A DNA stretch of 64,000 bases from Chloroflexota bacterium. Lineage in GTDB: Bacteria > Chloroflexota > UBA11872 > VXOZ01. Positions 48,384-58,038 of the stretch are shown here, piece by piece (position 1 is the stretch's first letter; each line of letters begins with the position of its first letter). The position numbers were made by a program, and so were the translations under genes. The DNA lies in assembly GCA_965221905.1 (NCBI GenBank), contig OZ244922.1:2976001-3040000 (forward strand). Reading direction: 5' to 3'. The notes beneath the pieces were generated by a model. It was given only the letters and a program-made list of their open reading frames with translations, did not search any database and had not been told where the DNA came from.

Positions 48384-48413
48384 TTGACGCTTTGGGTTTG
48401 CTTTGCGTAGCAT
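48384..48413 (+). promoter_or_regulatory. Promoter of SRP RNA
   Basis: TTGACG-18bp-TAGCAT ending 7 nt before the RNA 5' end. Confidence 0.6.
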
Positions 48414-48420
48414 GAGTCAT

Positions 48421-48693
48421 GAGGCCGTGCTAGACGGGGAACTAGCGGTGCCCTGAACCCGCAATCCGCTATAGCGGGGTTGACAGCTTTCCATGAGGTT
48501 TGTGTTCCTTGAAGGCTGCTGCGAGGTAGCGGCGTTGATGGCTGGGTCTTGCGCGGCGAGAGGCCGTGAACCCCGTCAGGTCCGGAAGGAAGCAGCGGTA
48601 AGCGGTTACTCTCGGGTGCCGCAAGGAAGCTTGGCCGGAGCTAGCGCCACGTGGGCGCTTCAGGGAGCAGGATCGAAGGAAAGGCACGGCCTC
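48421..48693 (+). ncRNA. ffs: Large (Alu-domain-containing) bacterial SRP RNA
   Basis: Helix-8 core CCCGTCAGGTCCGGAAGGAAGCAGCGG; 5' Alu GCCGTGCTAGACGGGGA..GCGGTGCCCTG.ACCCGCAATCCGC; ends pair (GAGGCCGTGC/GCACGGCCTC). Confidence 0.95.
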
Positions 48694-48927
48694 ATTTCAT
48701 CTACCTCACCTCGGCGTTTCGGGTACGTCATCGGCAACCAGGAGTAGCCTGATTCTGCCTGCGTGCCGATCCCGGCCCCACCCAATGCCCTCCCGCCTTC
48801 GCACGCATGGCGCGCTCCCGGGGTCCGACTTGTCCCTCGTCCACCCCAGAATTAGCCTTGCCCGTTCTTTTTACAGGGCCGTAGTCCGAGGCGTGGCGCG
48901 AAGATGGATTCCCGCTTTCGCGGGATT

Positions 48928-49191
48928 TGTAAGTGTTGAGTAATTCGTTGACAGAATTCGCTTTCCACCAGGCAGTGTTGACCGATTATGTCATTCCGAG
49001 CGGGCAGCGGCCCCGTGCGAATCACGGGGAGGAATCTGGAGTCCATGTCGCATCTAGTCCAATAGGCTCAGCACTTTAGATTCCTCTCTGCGCTACGCTT
49101 CGATCGGAATGACATGTGTGCAAGGCATGCACGACACGTCGCTTATCTTCTCTTTATTGAAAATCTGTCAACGAATTACCTGACACCTACA
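48928..49191. mobile_element. Miniature inverted-repeat element (TGT...ACA), copy 2
   Basis: 27-bp TIRs (23/27); left TIR 26/27 identical to copy 1; flanked by GGATT/GGAGT inside a REP-like palindrome. Confidence 0.75.
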
Positions 49192-49343
49192 GGAGTGACG
49201 GACCCAAGTACCCTCCTCGTTCCCCGCAGCCGGCACTCCAGATTCCCCGCAGGCGGCACTCCAGCGACGTTTGGCGACGGATTTCTCAGGCCACCTGGAT
49301 TTTTGCGGACCGAAGTTCACTTGACCTCGTTAACATTGACTCT

Positions 49344-49369
49344 AGATTCCTCGCTGCGCTCGGAATGAC
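49344..49369. repeat. REP-like palindrome AGATTCCTCGCTGCGCTCGGAATGAC
   Basis: Related copies at 48990-49037 (interrupted) and about 49078-49114. Confidence 0.75.
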
Positions 49370-49492
49370 GTACAATTCAACATAGAGGCGGCTTAGAGTT
49401 TCTATCGACTGACTTCGGTGAATTCTTGCCATCACAGCGTTCGCCAAATAACAAATAGCGTGCGCTAACCAAATCGAGGAGATACTGCATCG

Positions 49493-51190
49493 GTGTCGCG
49501 GGTGGTGTTGTACAACAAGTGGCGGCCGCAGACGTTCGCCGACGTGGTCGGCCAGGAGCCTACGGTACGCACGCTGCAGAACTCCCTGGCAACGGGGCAG
49601 GTAGCGCACGCCTACATCTTCGCCGGGCCGCGCGGGTCGGGCAAGACCTCGCTGGCGCGCATCCTGGCAAAATCCCTCAACTGCCTGCAGGGCGTTCAAC
49701 CCGAGCCGTGCAGCAAGTGCGACGCGTGCACGGACATCGTGGAAGGCCGCTTTCTCGACCTCGTTGAACTCGACGCCGCCTCAAACCGTGGCATCGAGGA
49801 CATTCGCAGCCTGCGCGAGCGCGTAAACTTCGCGCCGGTGAGCGGCCGCTACAAATTTTACCTCATCGACGAGGTGCACCAACTCACGCCGGAAGCGTCC
49901 AATGCGCTCCTTAAGACGCTGGAAGAGCCGCCGGAACACGCCGTATTCGTGCTGGCAACTACCGAAATCCACCGGGTGCTGCCCACCATCCTGTCGCGGT
50001 GCCAGCGGTTCGACTTCCGACGCATTCCCGTGCGGGCGCTGGTGGGCCGCTTGCAGGAGATTGCCGCAGCGGAGAAGGTGAGCGCGGAAACGGAAGCGCT
50101 GAACATCCTGGCGCGCATGGCCGGCGGCAGCGCCCGCGACGCCGTGAGCCTCTTCGACCAGGCCGTCATCTACGCCGCCGGTGACGTGACCGCCGCGAAA
50201 GTGCGCGAGATGTTGGGATTGGCGCACACGGCGGTCGTGGCTGAATTCGTCGATACGCTGGCCCGCCGCGATACTAAGGAAGGCCTGCGCGTCCTCGCCC
50301 AAGCCGCCGACCAGGGCCTGGACATGCGGCAGTTCGCGCGCGAAACCATCCGCTACCTGCGCGGCACGCTCCTCCACAAGAGCGGCATGGAGGCTGCCGA
50401 ACTCCTCGAAATGAGCGAGGAAGAAGCCACGCTCATGGATGGCCTGGCCGGGCGGATTTCGCTCTCCGAAATCGTGCAGGCCATTCGCCTCTTCTCAGAA
50501 GCCGAACAGTCGCTGCGCTTAGGAGTCTTTCCACAGCTACCTATCGAGCTGGCATTGGTGGAGTTCTGCACCAATGCTGGAACCCAAGGCACAGCAGCGG
50601 CTCCGGCACCAGCCGCCCGGCAAGCGACTGCGGCACCCCGCCAGCAAGCGGCAAGAGCGGCGCCTCCGCCAAGCAAAACCGCTGTAGAGAGCCCAGCGGC
50701 AGAGAGCCCCAGCACAACGGACTCCGTTCCTAGAACGAGCGGCACGCCCGCTGAAACTCGACCCGATGCATCGCCAGCGGACGGACCGCCGCCAGCCGCA
50801 AGCTTGGATGACTCGCCGCTGGCAGAGATCCAGCAGCGTTGGGATGCCGTGGTCGACTCTTTCCGCAGACCGAACGTGCATTTGCGCGGCGTGCTGCGCG
50901 ATTGCACACCGAAGTCCGTGCGCGACCGATTGTTGACGCTGGAGTTTGCCCACGGCTGGCACCGCGACCAGGTGCGCCAGCCAGACAATCTCATTCTCGT
51001 GGAGAAAGCCATCGCGCAAACCATCGGCCGCCATTTCTCCATTGAGTGCACGCTGGCGCCAAAAGAATCATTGGAAAGTCTCTACGAGAAAGACCCTGCG
51101 CAGGATCCGGTAGTGCGCAAGGCTCAGCAGCTCTTTCCAGGTACCACCACCTATGAAAACTCCGATGAGGATACGCCCCCTTCCGCATAA
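49493..51190 (+). CDS. dnaX: DNA polymerase III gamma/tau subunit
   Basis: LYNKWRPQTF, GPRGSGKTS, ELDAASNRG, IDEVH, LKTLEEPP, TILSRCQ. Confidence 0.97.
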   Translation: MSRVVLYNKWRPQTFADVVGQEPTVRTLQNSLATGQVAHAYIFAGPRGSGKTSLARILAKSLNCLQGVQPEPCSKCDACTDIVEGRFLDLVELDAASNRGIEDIRSLRERVNFAPVSGRYKFYLIDEVHQLTPEASNALLKTLEEPPEHAVFVLATTEIHRVLPTILSRCQRFDFRRIPVRALVGRLQEIAAAEKVSAETEALNILARMAGGSARDAVSLFDQAVIYAAGDVTAAKVREMLGLAHTAVVAEFVDTLARRDTKEGLRVLAQAADQGLDMRQFARETIRYLRGTLLHKSGMEAAELLEMSEEEATLMDGLAGRISLSEIVQAIRLFSEAEQSLRLGVFPQLPIELALVEFCTNAGTQGTAAAPAPAARQATAAPRQQAARAAPPPSKTAVESPAAESPSTTDSVPRTSGTPAETRPDASPADGPPPAASLDDSPLAEIQQRWDAVVDSFRRPNVHLRGVLRDCTPKSVRDRLLTLEFAHGWHRDQVRQPDNLILVEKAIAQTIGRHFSIECTLAPKESLESLYEKDPAQDPVVRKAQQLFPGTTTYENSDEDTPPSA

Positions 51191-51410
51191 CGATTCTCAA
51201 AGAGATGGGCCGACGGACGTGACGGGGAGCCTGCAACGGGGCGGCTCTCGTTCAAGACCCGCATGGGCAAGTGCATTGCCTCTTGGAAAAGAGCGCCGAA
51301 GTCGATGCAATGGTACATTAAACAGGTAAAATTGCAGAATTAGCGGCCCGGCGCAAATGGGTTCGCGGCCGGGCGGTGTGCGGCGGCATAGTGCAAAGGA
51401 GATCTGAACC

Positions 51411-52712
51411 ATGGCTCTAGATATATTCGAGCGGGGAAAACTCCCGCGTTGGGTACGGGTACGGCAGAATCTCGTTACTGCCACTATCGATGACGTGGCC
51501 GCTGCCGTTGCCAGTGAGTTTGCACGACCGGAGATTCGCAAGACCATACAACCGGGACAACGTGTGGCGCTTACCGGCGGCAGCCGCGGCATCGACCGCA
51601 TCGATCTGGTGCTGAAGGCGGCGGCACAGGAAGTAAAGCGTCTTGGCGCAGAACCCTTCATCGTGCCCGCCATGGGCAGCCACGGCGGCGCAACGGCAGA
51701 GGGCCAGCTTGAGATACTCGCCCATTACGGCGTAACCGAAGAGGCCATGGGCTGCCCAATTCGCTCCAGCATGGACACCGTCCTGCTCGGCCACGTTGAA
51801 GGCGGCGTGCCGGTCTGGTTCGATAAGACGGCCTACAGTGAAGCAGACATCACCATTCCCATCAATCGCGTCAAGCCCCATACCGACTTTCACGGGCCCA
51901 TCGAGTCCGGGTTGATGAAGTTGCTCGCGATCGGCCTTGGCAAGCAGAAGGGCGCCGATACGTTCCACGGCCGCAGTTTTGCAGAATTCCCCACACTCAT
52001 ACCCGCAGTCGGCCGCTTCACGCTGCAGCATGTGCCAATTCCCTTCGGCCTGGCCTTGGTGGAAGACGGCCACTCCCGCCTTTCGCTGGTGGAGGCCGTG
52101 CCGGCCGACAGTGTCTGGGAGAGAGAGCAGGAGTTGCTCAAGATTGCCCGTGACCGTATGGCCCGCCTGCCTGGAGAAAAGATCGACGTGCTGATCGTTG
52201 ACCAGCTCGGCAAGGACATCAGCGGCATCGGCGCGGATACCAACGTCATCAACCGGTACTGGCACGGTCCGCTGCCGCAGCCTCCCCACATTCAGCGCGT
52301 CGTCATGCGCGATTTGACGAAAGATACGGAAGGCAACGCCTGCGGAATCGGTCTGGGTGACGTGGTTCTAAAGCAGATTGTGGACAAGCTGGACCCAGTG
52401 CAGACGTATATGAACTGCGTCACCGCCAAGGGGCCGGAAGGCGCGCGGATCCCGCTCACGGTCGCCAACGACCGCGAAGCGATATTCGTGGCGCTGGCCT
52501 GTTGCTTGCAGACCGAGAACGAGACCGCCCGCATCATGCGCATTCAAGATACAAAGCACCTCGAGGATCTCTGGGTCTCCGAGCCGCTGCTGCCACAGAT
52601 GGAAGCTACCGGGCGCGTGCACCGCGTAGGCGAGGCGGAAGAAATAGCCTTCGACGCGCAGGGCATGTTCACACAGGCTACACGGAATGGCGCTGCCGTC
52701 GCTGCTTCATGA
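51411..52712 (+). CDS. Lactate racemase (LarA) N-terminal-like / DUF362-type protein
   Basis: GSRGI, IVPAMGSHGGATAEGQ, NRVKPHTDF, ESGLMK..AIGLGK, GKDISG. Confidence 0.8.
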   Translation: MALDIFERGKLPRWVRVRQNLVTATIDDVAAAVASEFARPEIRKTIQPGQRVALTGGSRGIDRIDLVLKAAAQEVKRLGAEPFIVPAMGSHGGATAEGQLEILAHYGVTEEAMGCPIRSSMDTVLLGHVEGGVPVWFDKTAYSEADITIPINRVKPHTDFHGPIESGLMKLLAIGLGKQKGADTFHGRSFAEFPTLIPAVGRFTLQHVPIPFGLALVEDGHSRLSLVEAVPADSVWEREQELLKIARDRMARLPGEKIDVLIVDQLGKDISGIGADTNVINRYWHGPLPQPPHIQRVVMRDLTKDTEGNACGIGLGDVVLKQIVDKLDPVQTYMNCVTAKGPEGARIPLTVANDREAIFVALACCLQTENETARIMRIQDTKHLEDLWVSEPLLPQMEATGRVHRVGEAEEIAFDAQGMFTQATRNGAAVAAS

Positions 52713-52743
52713 ACGAGTATCTAGTGTGGAAGAGCTTAAGGGA

Positions 52744-53070
52744 ATGGCAGTCAAAAGCAAGAACTCTCGCGGAACTGCACGGCGTGCATTCTCCCAAGAA
52801 GCTGCTGAACTCTATGAGAAATTCGCTCTACCGCTAGAAGCCGAGCATGAAGGAGAATTCGTTGCTATCTCCAAGCTAGGACAGGTCGTGCGTGCACCCA
52901 CGTTGCAGCAAGTACTAGACCTTTCCCTAAGAGTGCTCGGCAGGGGGAGCTTTGTCTTTCGGCTGGGTGCAGACCGCGCTGTCGTCAAATTCAGAGAAAC
53001 AGACCTCTATTGCAGCCACCGTGAAAAGCAAACGCCCACCCATACATCCAGATTCACGCCCACTAGTTGA
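52744..53070 (+). CDS. Small hypothetical protein (DUF5678-like)
   Basis: LEAEHEGEFVAI...G, FVFRLG pattern. Confidence 0.55.
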   Translation: MAVKSKNSRGTARRAFSQEAAELYEKFALPLEAEHEGEFVAISKLGQVVRAPTLQQVLDLSLRVLGRGSFVFRLGADRAVVKFRETDLYCSHREKQTPTHTSRFTPTS

Positions 53071-53105
53071 GCGCAAGCTTCAATGCTGCCAGGAAGGAAC
53101 TCTAC

Positions 53106-53861
53106 ATGCTCGATGCATTTGATCTCACCGGCAGGACCGTTATCGTCACCGGCGCGAGCCGCGGCATCGGTCGCACCACGGCAGAAGTGCTCGCGGCTGC
53201 GGGCGCCAATGTCGTTGCCGTGGCGCGCACCGAGTCGGCGCTCCATTCTCTCGTGCAGGACATCGCGGGCTCCGGCGGCAAAGCGCTGGCGGTGCGCGCC
53301 GACGCGAACGTGCCGGAAGACACGGAGATGCTGGTAGAACGCACCATGGATGCCTTTGGCGCGGTGGACGTGCTTGTGAACAACGCCGGTGAATCAGGCA
53401 GGCACGGCGCTATGAAAGAGACTTCCGCAGCGGATTGGGACGACCTGCTGGAGAACAACCTGCGCAGTGCATTCCTGTGCGCAAAAGCCGTCTTTCCCAT
53501 TATGGAACAGCAGCAGCGCGGCAATGTCGTCAACATGGCGAGCATCAGCGGCCAAAACGGCGGCCAAAGCGCGCGTGTGCATTACGCGGCGTCAAAAGGC
53601 GGCATGATCGCGTTCACCAAGGCGCTCGCCCGGCAGATGGCCCCCTGGGGCCGCGCTAACAATATTGCGCCCGGCCAGATAGACACCGGCTTCGCTCGTA
53701 TTCCGGAAGACCGCTTGCGTGCTGTGCTCGACCGCACGCCGCTGCAACGCCTCGCCAAATCGGAAGATATCGCCTATGGAGTGCTCTATCTCGCCAGTGA
53801 CGCTTCATCGTTCGTCACCGGTCATACGCTCGCCATAAACGGTGGGATACTTATGGATTAG
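53106..53861 (+). CDS. SDR oxidoreductase (FabG-like)
   Basis: TGASRGIG, NNAG, YAASK, INGG. Confidence 0.93.
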   Translation: MLDAFDLTGRTVIVTGASRGIGRTTAEVLAAAGANVVAVARTESALHSLVQDIAGSGGKALAVRADANVPEDTEMLVERTMDAFGAVDVLVNNAGESGRHGAMKETSAADWDDLLENNLRSAFLCAKAVFPIMEQQQRGNVVNMASISGQNGGQSARVHYAASKGGMIAFTKALARQMAPWGRANNIAPGQIDTGFARIPEDRLRAVLDRTPLQRLAKSEDIAYGVLYLASDASSFVTGHTLAINGGILMD

Positions 53862-53961
53862 GTGAGAAGCAGCACGATAACGCATTATGTAGATAGCAGA
53901 GTACAAAGCCCTGACAAGAGGTGCAGAAGCCTTCAGCAGCATAGCAGGAATGTAGAAAACA

Positions 53962-55377
53962 ATGGCCGCAAAAACCACGAGTGCCGCACTGCACAGTCCG
54001 CCTGGGCCGCGAAGTTTCTTGGGCATACGAACTTCGCGAACACTGAAGCGCGACCCTCTGAAGATAATACAAGACTTCCATCGCGCCTATGGAGAGATCG
54101 TTCATTATTCCCTGCTTTCTGCCCCAATCTACTTTCTCTCACACCCTGACCACGTCAGTTACGTACTCCACAAGAACGAGCGCAACTATGGGCGCAGCCG
54201 CGATCATGTAGCGCTCAAGCGGGTCCTTGGCAATGGCTTACTGACCAATGACGGCGCGTCGTGGCTCAAGCAACGCCGTCTAATTCAGCCGGGCTTCCAC
54301 CGCAGCCGCATCGTCCACTTCGGCGAGATTATGACTGAAGAAACGGAGAAGATGCTAGAAAAGTGGAAGACCGAGGCGCCTAGCGGGGAACCGCTTGACG
54401 TCAGCAGCGAAATGATGCGCCTGACTCTCGCCATCATAAGCCGCACGATGTTCGGCGCCACAGTGTCACGTGATGCTGTGCAGCTCGAGCCAGCCATCAC
54501 GCTGGCGCAAGAAGAGGCTCGTAAACGTATGTACACGCTGGTTGACTTACCAGAGTGGGTTCCCTTGCCGGGGATTCGCCGCGCGGTCTTGGCGCGGCAG
54601 ACCATCGAACGGGTTGTGATGAGGATTATCGATGAGAGGCGTCAGACGAACGCGCTGGATCAGGATGATCTGCTCTCCATGTTACTCAACGCCAGGGATG
54701 CCGATAGCGGCGAGCCAATGGACGACAATCAACTGCGCGATGAGGTGCGTACTATCTTTCTCGCCGGACACGAAACAACGGCAAACGCGCTCACGTGGAC
54801 GTGGTATTTGCTCGCGCGCAATCCTGCCGCTGCCAAGAAGCTGCGGGCAGAACTCGCCCACGTCCTGTGTGGTCGCTTACCCACCGTTGCCGACCTCCCG
54901 CAGCTTCCCTACACGAAGATGGTCGTTGAAGAGTCAATGCGCCTCCTGCCACCGGTCTGGGCCTTGTCGCGTAAAGCTATAGCTGATGATGAGATTGGCG
55001 GGTACCGCATACGGTCAGGCGGCACAGTAATCGTCAGCCAGTTCATCACACATCGGCACCCCGATTTCTGGGAGGACCCCGAGTCCTTCGACCCGGAGCG
55101 CTTTGCGCCGGAACGTGTGAAAGAGCGCCACCGCTTCGCTTATTTTCCCTTTGGCGGTGGGCAGCGAATCTGCATCGGCAGGAGTTTTGCGATTATCGAA
55201 GCGCAACTGATACTCGCCACGATTGCCCAGCAGTACGAGTTGGACCTTGTACCCGATCACCCGATCGAAATGGAGCCTCTCGTCACCCTACGTCCCAAAT
55301 TCGGGATGATGATGACGCTCAATCCGTGCGCATCGATCGACGAGCGGAAGACCGGCCACGCGCAACGCACTGCGTGA
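53962..55377 (+). CDS. Cytochrome P450
   Basis: AGHETT, ESMR (ExxR), FDPERF, FPFGGGQRICIG heme motif. Confidence 0.96.
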   Translation: MAAKTTSAALHSPPGPRSFLGIRTSRTLKRDPLKIIQDFHRAYGEIVHYSLLSAPIYFLSHPDHVSYVLHKNERNYGRSRDHVALKRVLGNGLLTNDGASWLKQRRLIQPGFHRSRIVHFGEIMTEETEKMLEKWKTEAPSGEPLDVSSEMMRLTLAIISRTMFGATVSRDAVQLEPAITLAQEEARKRMYTLVDLPEWVPLPGIRRAVLARQTIERVVMRIIDERRQTNALDQDDLLSMLLNARDADSGEPMDDNQLRDEVRTIFLAGHETTANALTWTWYLLARNPAAAKKLRAELAHVLCGRLPTVADLPQLPYTKMVVEESMRLLPPVWALSRKAIADDEIGGYRIRSGGTVIVSQFITHRHPDFWEDPESFDPERFAPERVKERHRFAYFPFGGGQRICIGRSFAIIEAQLILATIAQQYELDLVPDHPIEMEPLVTLRPKFGMMMTLNPCASIDERKTGHAQRTA

Positions 55378-55402
55378 TCTCCTTTACGCTCACCGCACCA
55401 CT

Positions 55403-56062
55403 ATGGCAGCCCTCGAATCGTTCGCATTCGTATTCGCCGCGTCGTTCTCCATCGGCCTCTCCGGCGCAATGTCGCCGGGCCCGCTGACCGTATTCGTGAT
55501 GGGGCAAAGTGCCCGCTACGGAGTACTGGCCGGTCCATTGGCAGCGCTGGGGCACGGGTTGCTGGAATTCGCGCTCGTTGTGCTGCTGTGGCTCGGACTC
55601 GCCCGCGTTCTTCAGTGGGAACCGGTGCTTGCTGCTATCGGCGTGGTCGGCGGCCTCGTAATGATTTGGATGGGCTGGAAACTCGTTAGCGATGTACGGC
55701 GCCAAGGCGCAAGACTGGCCGCATCTGCTTCCGACCGGCACGCAGATAACCCTTTGGTCGGCGGAGCCTTGCTCAGCCTCGCGAACCCTTATTGGTCGTT
55801 CTGGTGGGCTACCGTGGGCATTTCCACGATGACAACGCTTGCCTTACCGCGCGGCATACTCGGTCTCGCTGCCTTCACCATCGGCCACGTTGCCAGCGAT
55901 TTCTTCTGGTTTACTTTGGTTGCCATCGTCTTCGCTACCGGGAGACGTTTCATCACGGACCGCGTGTACCAAACGGCGCTCTACCTCTTCGGCATTGTGC
56001 TGGCGCTCTTTGGGCTCTACTTCATCTGGTACGGGGGTACGGCACTGTTCGCCCTTCTCTAG
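55403..56062 (+). CDS. LysE family translocator
   Basis: SGAMSPGP, GHGLLE, NPYW..WW, multiple TM helices. Confidence 0.88.
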   Translation: MAALESFAFVFAASFSIGLSGAMSPGPLTVFVMGQSARYGVLAGPLAALGHGLLEFALVVLLWLGLARVLQWEPVLAAIGVVGGLVMIWMGWKLVSDVRRQGARLAASASDRHADNPLVGGALLSLANPYWSFWWATVGISTMTTLALPRGILGLAAFTIGHVASDFFWFTLVAIVFATGRRFITDRVYQTALYLFGIVLALFGLYFIWYGGTALFALL

Positions 56063-56251
56063 ACTCGCCTCGGATATCCGCCTGCTTCAGCGATTAGGGT
56101 CTCAGACGCGTTGGCGCAAAGCAGGCGGCAATACTGACAGCCGTCATCCAGTAGCAATCGCTTGCGAGCTAACCGCTGTCAGCACCTGCTCGCAGGTGGC
56201 CCCATGCCATTGCTGAAGCCAAGTAGCGGGGTTCGTAGAGCGATAAGCCAA

Positions 56252-56281
56252 TAGACGATCTCCAATTTGCGTTGCTATAAT
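56252..56281 (+). promoter_or_regulatory. Sigma70 promoter with extended -10
   Basis: TAGACG-18bp-TATAAT, the -10 preceded by TGn. Confidence 0.65.
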
Positions 56282-56288
56282 TGTAATT

Positions 56289-56422
56289 GGCGCACATGCG
56301 GTGAGAACCGATGAGAAGCGTTGCCCGGATGGAGCGACAGGTTTGAGATAGCCGGTGTGCGATGCGAGCCTTCGTCACGCTCCGAGCCGGCAAGCCCAGC
56401 GCGATTGAACCAGAGGTGCGCC
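56289..56422 (+). ncRNA. Putative structured rod-like ncRNA (6S-like?)
   Basis: Starts 7 nt after TATAAT; nested pairings GGCGCAC/GTGCGCC, TTGCC/GGCAA, GGAGCG/CGCTCC, AGGTTTG/CGAGCCT. Confidence 0.45.
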
Positions 56423-56442
56423 GCGTACGGCCCATCCCTCTT

Positions 56443-56518
56443 GCCCCCGTAGCTCAGTGGACAGAGCAACTGCCTTCTAAGTAGTGGGTCGGGTGTTCGA
56501 GTCACCCCGGGGGCGCCA
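56443..56518 (+). tRNA. tRNA-Arg (anticodon TCT)
   Basis: Cloverleaf: GCCCCCG/CGGGGGC acceptor, GCTC/GAGC D arm, ACTGC-CTTCTAA-GTAGT, GGGTG-TTCGAGT-CACCC, encoded CCA. Confidence 0.96.
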
Positions 56519-56536
56519 CTGGTCCGGCATTGTAAC

Positions 56537-57742
56537 TCACCGGCCGGACCCACCGGCAAAGGCTCTCCCTACCCTTGGTTCGCTGGGGATCACCAGCGGC
56601 GCGCGCATGACGGCCTGCATGCCAAACTTCTCACGAATAGTATCCACGGCCCGGTCGCGTTGGCTCAGCCGGTCCTCCGGTTCAAGCCAGAGCGCCAACT
56701 GTCCGCCCTTCGCAGGCATCAAGTCGTGGACTCCTACGCCCACGAGTCTATATCCGTCCGCATTGAGTTGAATGCTCGTGAGGAGGCGCTTTGCTGCGGC
56801 ATAGATAACGTCAGTCGCATCGGTCGGTCGCGCGAGCGTCGTCTGCCGAGAAATCGTTGCAAAGTTGGCTGAGCGTAACTTGAGCGCAACCGTGCGGCCG
56901 CGGAACCCTTTGCTGCGCAGTCGCTTGCCAACTTGCTCGGAGAGCGCCATGAGCATGTGGAGCAGCGACTCTTGCTCGAACACCGTGTGGGGAAACGTCG
57001 ACTCATTACTCACGCTCTTAATCACCCGTTTCGTGACCACGGCGCGCCTGTCGTTGCCGTTCGCCAAGCGGTAGGCGTACAGGCCCCACGCACCGAACGC
57101 CCGCTGCAAAGCCTCGCATGAATACGCTGCCAGTTGGCCGATAGTGAGAATGCCGTAGGCGCGCAGCCGCTCTCCCATTTGCGGGCCCACACCCCACAAC
57201 GCTCCAATCGGCAATGGCGCAAGAAAGGCCCGCTCCTCTCCTTGTGGTACCACAACCAGGCCATCCGGTTTGCCGGTATTCGTCGCCATCTTGGCCACAA
57301 GCTTGGAACTCGCAATGCCGATCGAGATTGTCAGCCCGCACTCAGTGCGGACTCGCTCTCTAATCTCCCTGGCCGCGGGCACCGGGCCGCCTTTCCAGCG
57401 CTCCAAACCGGTCGCATCGAGAAAGGCCTCATCAATTGAGAGCGCCTCCACCGTTGGCGAGAAGTCGCGCAAGATGGCCATCACGCGCGCGGATTCGGCT
57501 TGATACTTGCTATAGCTGCCTTTCACGAAGATGCCCTGCGGGCACAAGCGCCGTGCCTGCGCACCCGGCATTGCCGCGTGGACGCCAAAGGTACGCGCCT
57601 CATAAGACGCCGCCGTGACCACGCCGCGGCCCCCGGCGCCGCCCACCATCACCGGCTTGCCGCGCAACGCGGGATTGTCCCGCTGTTCCACGGCGGCAAA
57701 GAAGGCATCGAGATCGGCGTGGATGATCCAACGCGGCGCCAT
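56537..57742 (-). CDS. dinB: DNA polymerase IV
   Basis: HADLDAFFAAVE, ASYEAR.FGV, SIDEAFLD, AKMA....KPDG. Confidence 0.96.
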   Translation of the reverse strand: MAPRWIIHADLDAFFAAVEQRDNPALRGKPVMVGGAGGRGVVTAASYEARTFGVHAAMPGAQARRLCPQGIFVKGSYSKYQAESARVMAILRDFSPTVEALSIDEAFLDATGLERWKGGPVPAAREIRERVRTECGLTISIGIASSKLVAKMATNTGKPDGLVVVPQGEERAFLAPLPIGALWGVGPQMGERLRAYGILTIGQLAAYSCEALQRAFGAWGLYAYRLANGNDRRAVVTKRVIKSVSNESTFPHTVFEQESLLHMLMALSEQVGKRLRSKGFRGRTVALKLRSANFATISRQTTLARPTDATDVIYAAAKRLLTSIQLNADGYRLVGVGVHDLMPAKGGQLALWLEPEDRLSQRDRAVDTIREKFGMQAVMRAPLVIPSEPRVGRAFAGGSGR

Positions 57743-58038
57743 TGCGTTTCCCTTCATTCCTCTATCCGGTTATTCCTGCTGCCACGATCTGCATGCGGAG
57801 AAAGGCTTCACAAGAGAGCATTCTTGAAGGGGCGAATAACGCAACTCCACAAGCTATCAAAAGGACTCCACGTCCCAGGAAAACTATTGCAGGACAAGCC
57901 GACGCCCAAGTGGTTCAGCAGCCCCAGTGCCTTCTCTTCTGAAAACGGTTACACTGGGATTGCTGCCCGTAAAGGAGTGTATTCTCCACCAGCGGGCACC
58001 GGAAGAAAGAGCAATTTCACAGGAGCAAATACAGAAAA

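Noticed and set aside
44330-48420. Integrative element or prophage with att sites around the island
   Set aside because: No integrase and no flanking direct repeat found by eye
49493-51190. Programmed frameshift or slippage site in dnaX
   Set aside because: No A-AAA-AAG or long A-run visible in the coding region
56443-56518. tRNA-targeted genomic island
   Set aside because: No duplicated tRNA 3' end and no integrase seen in the window
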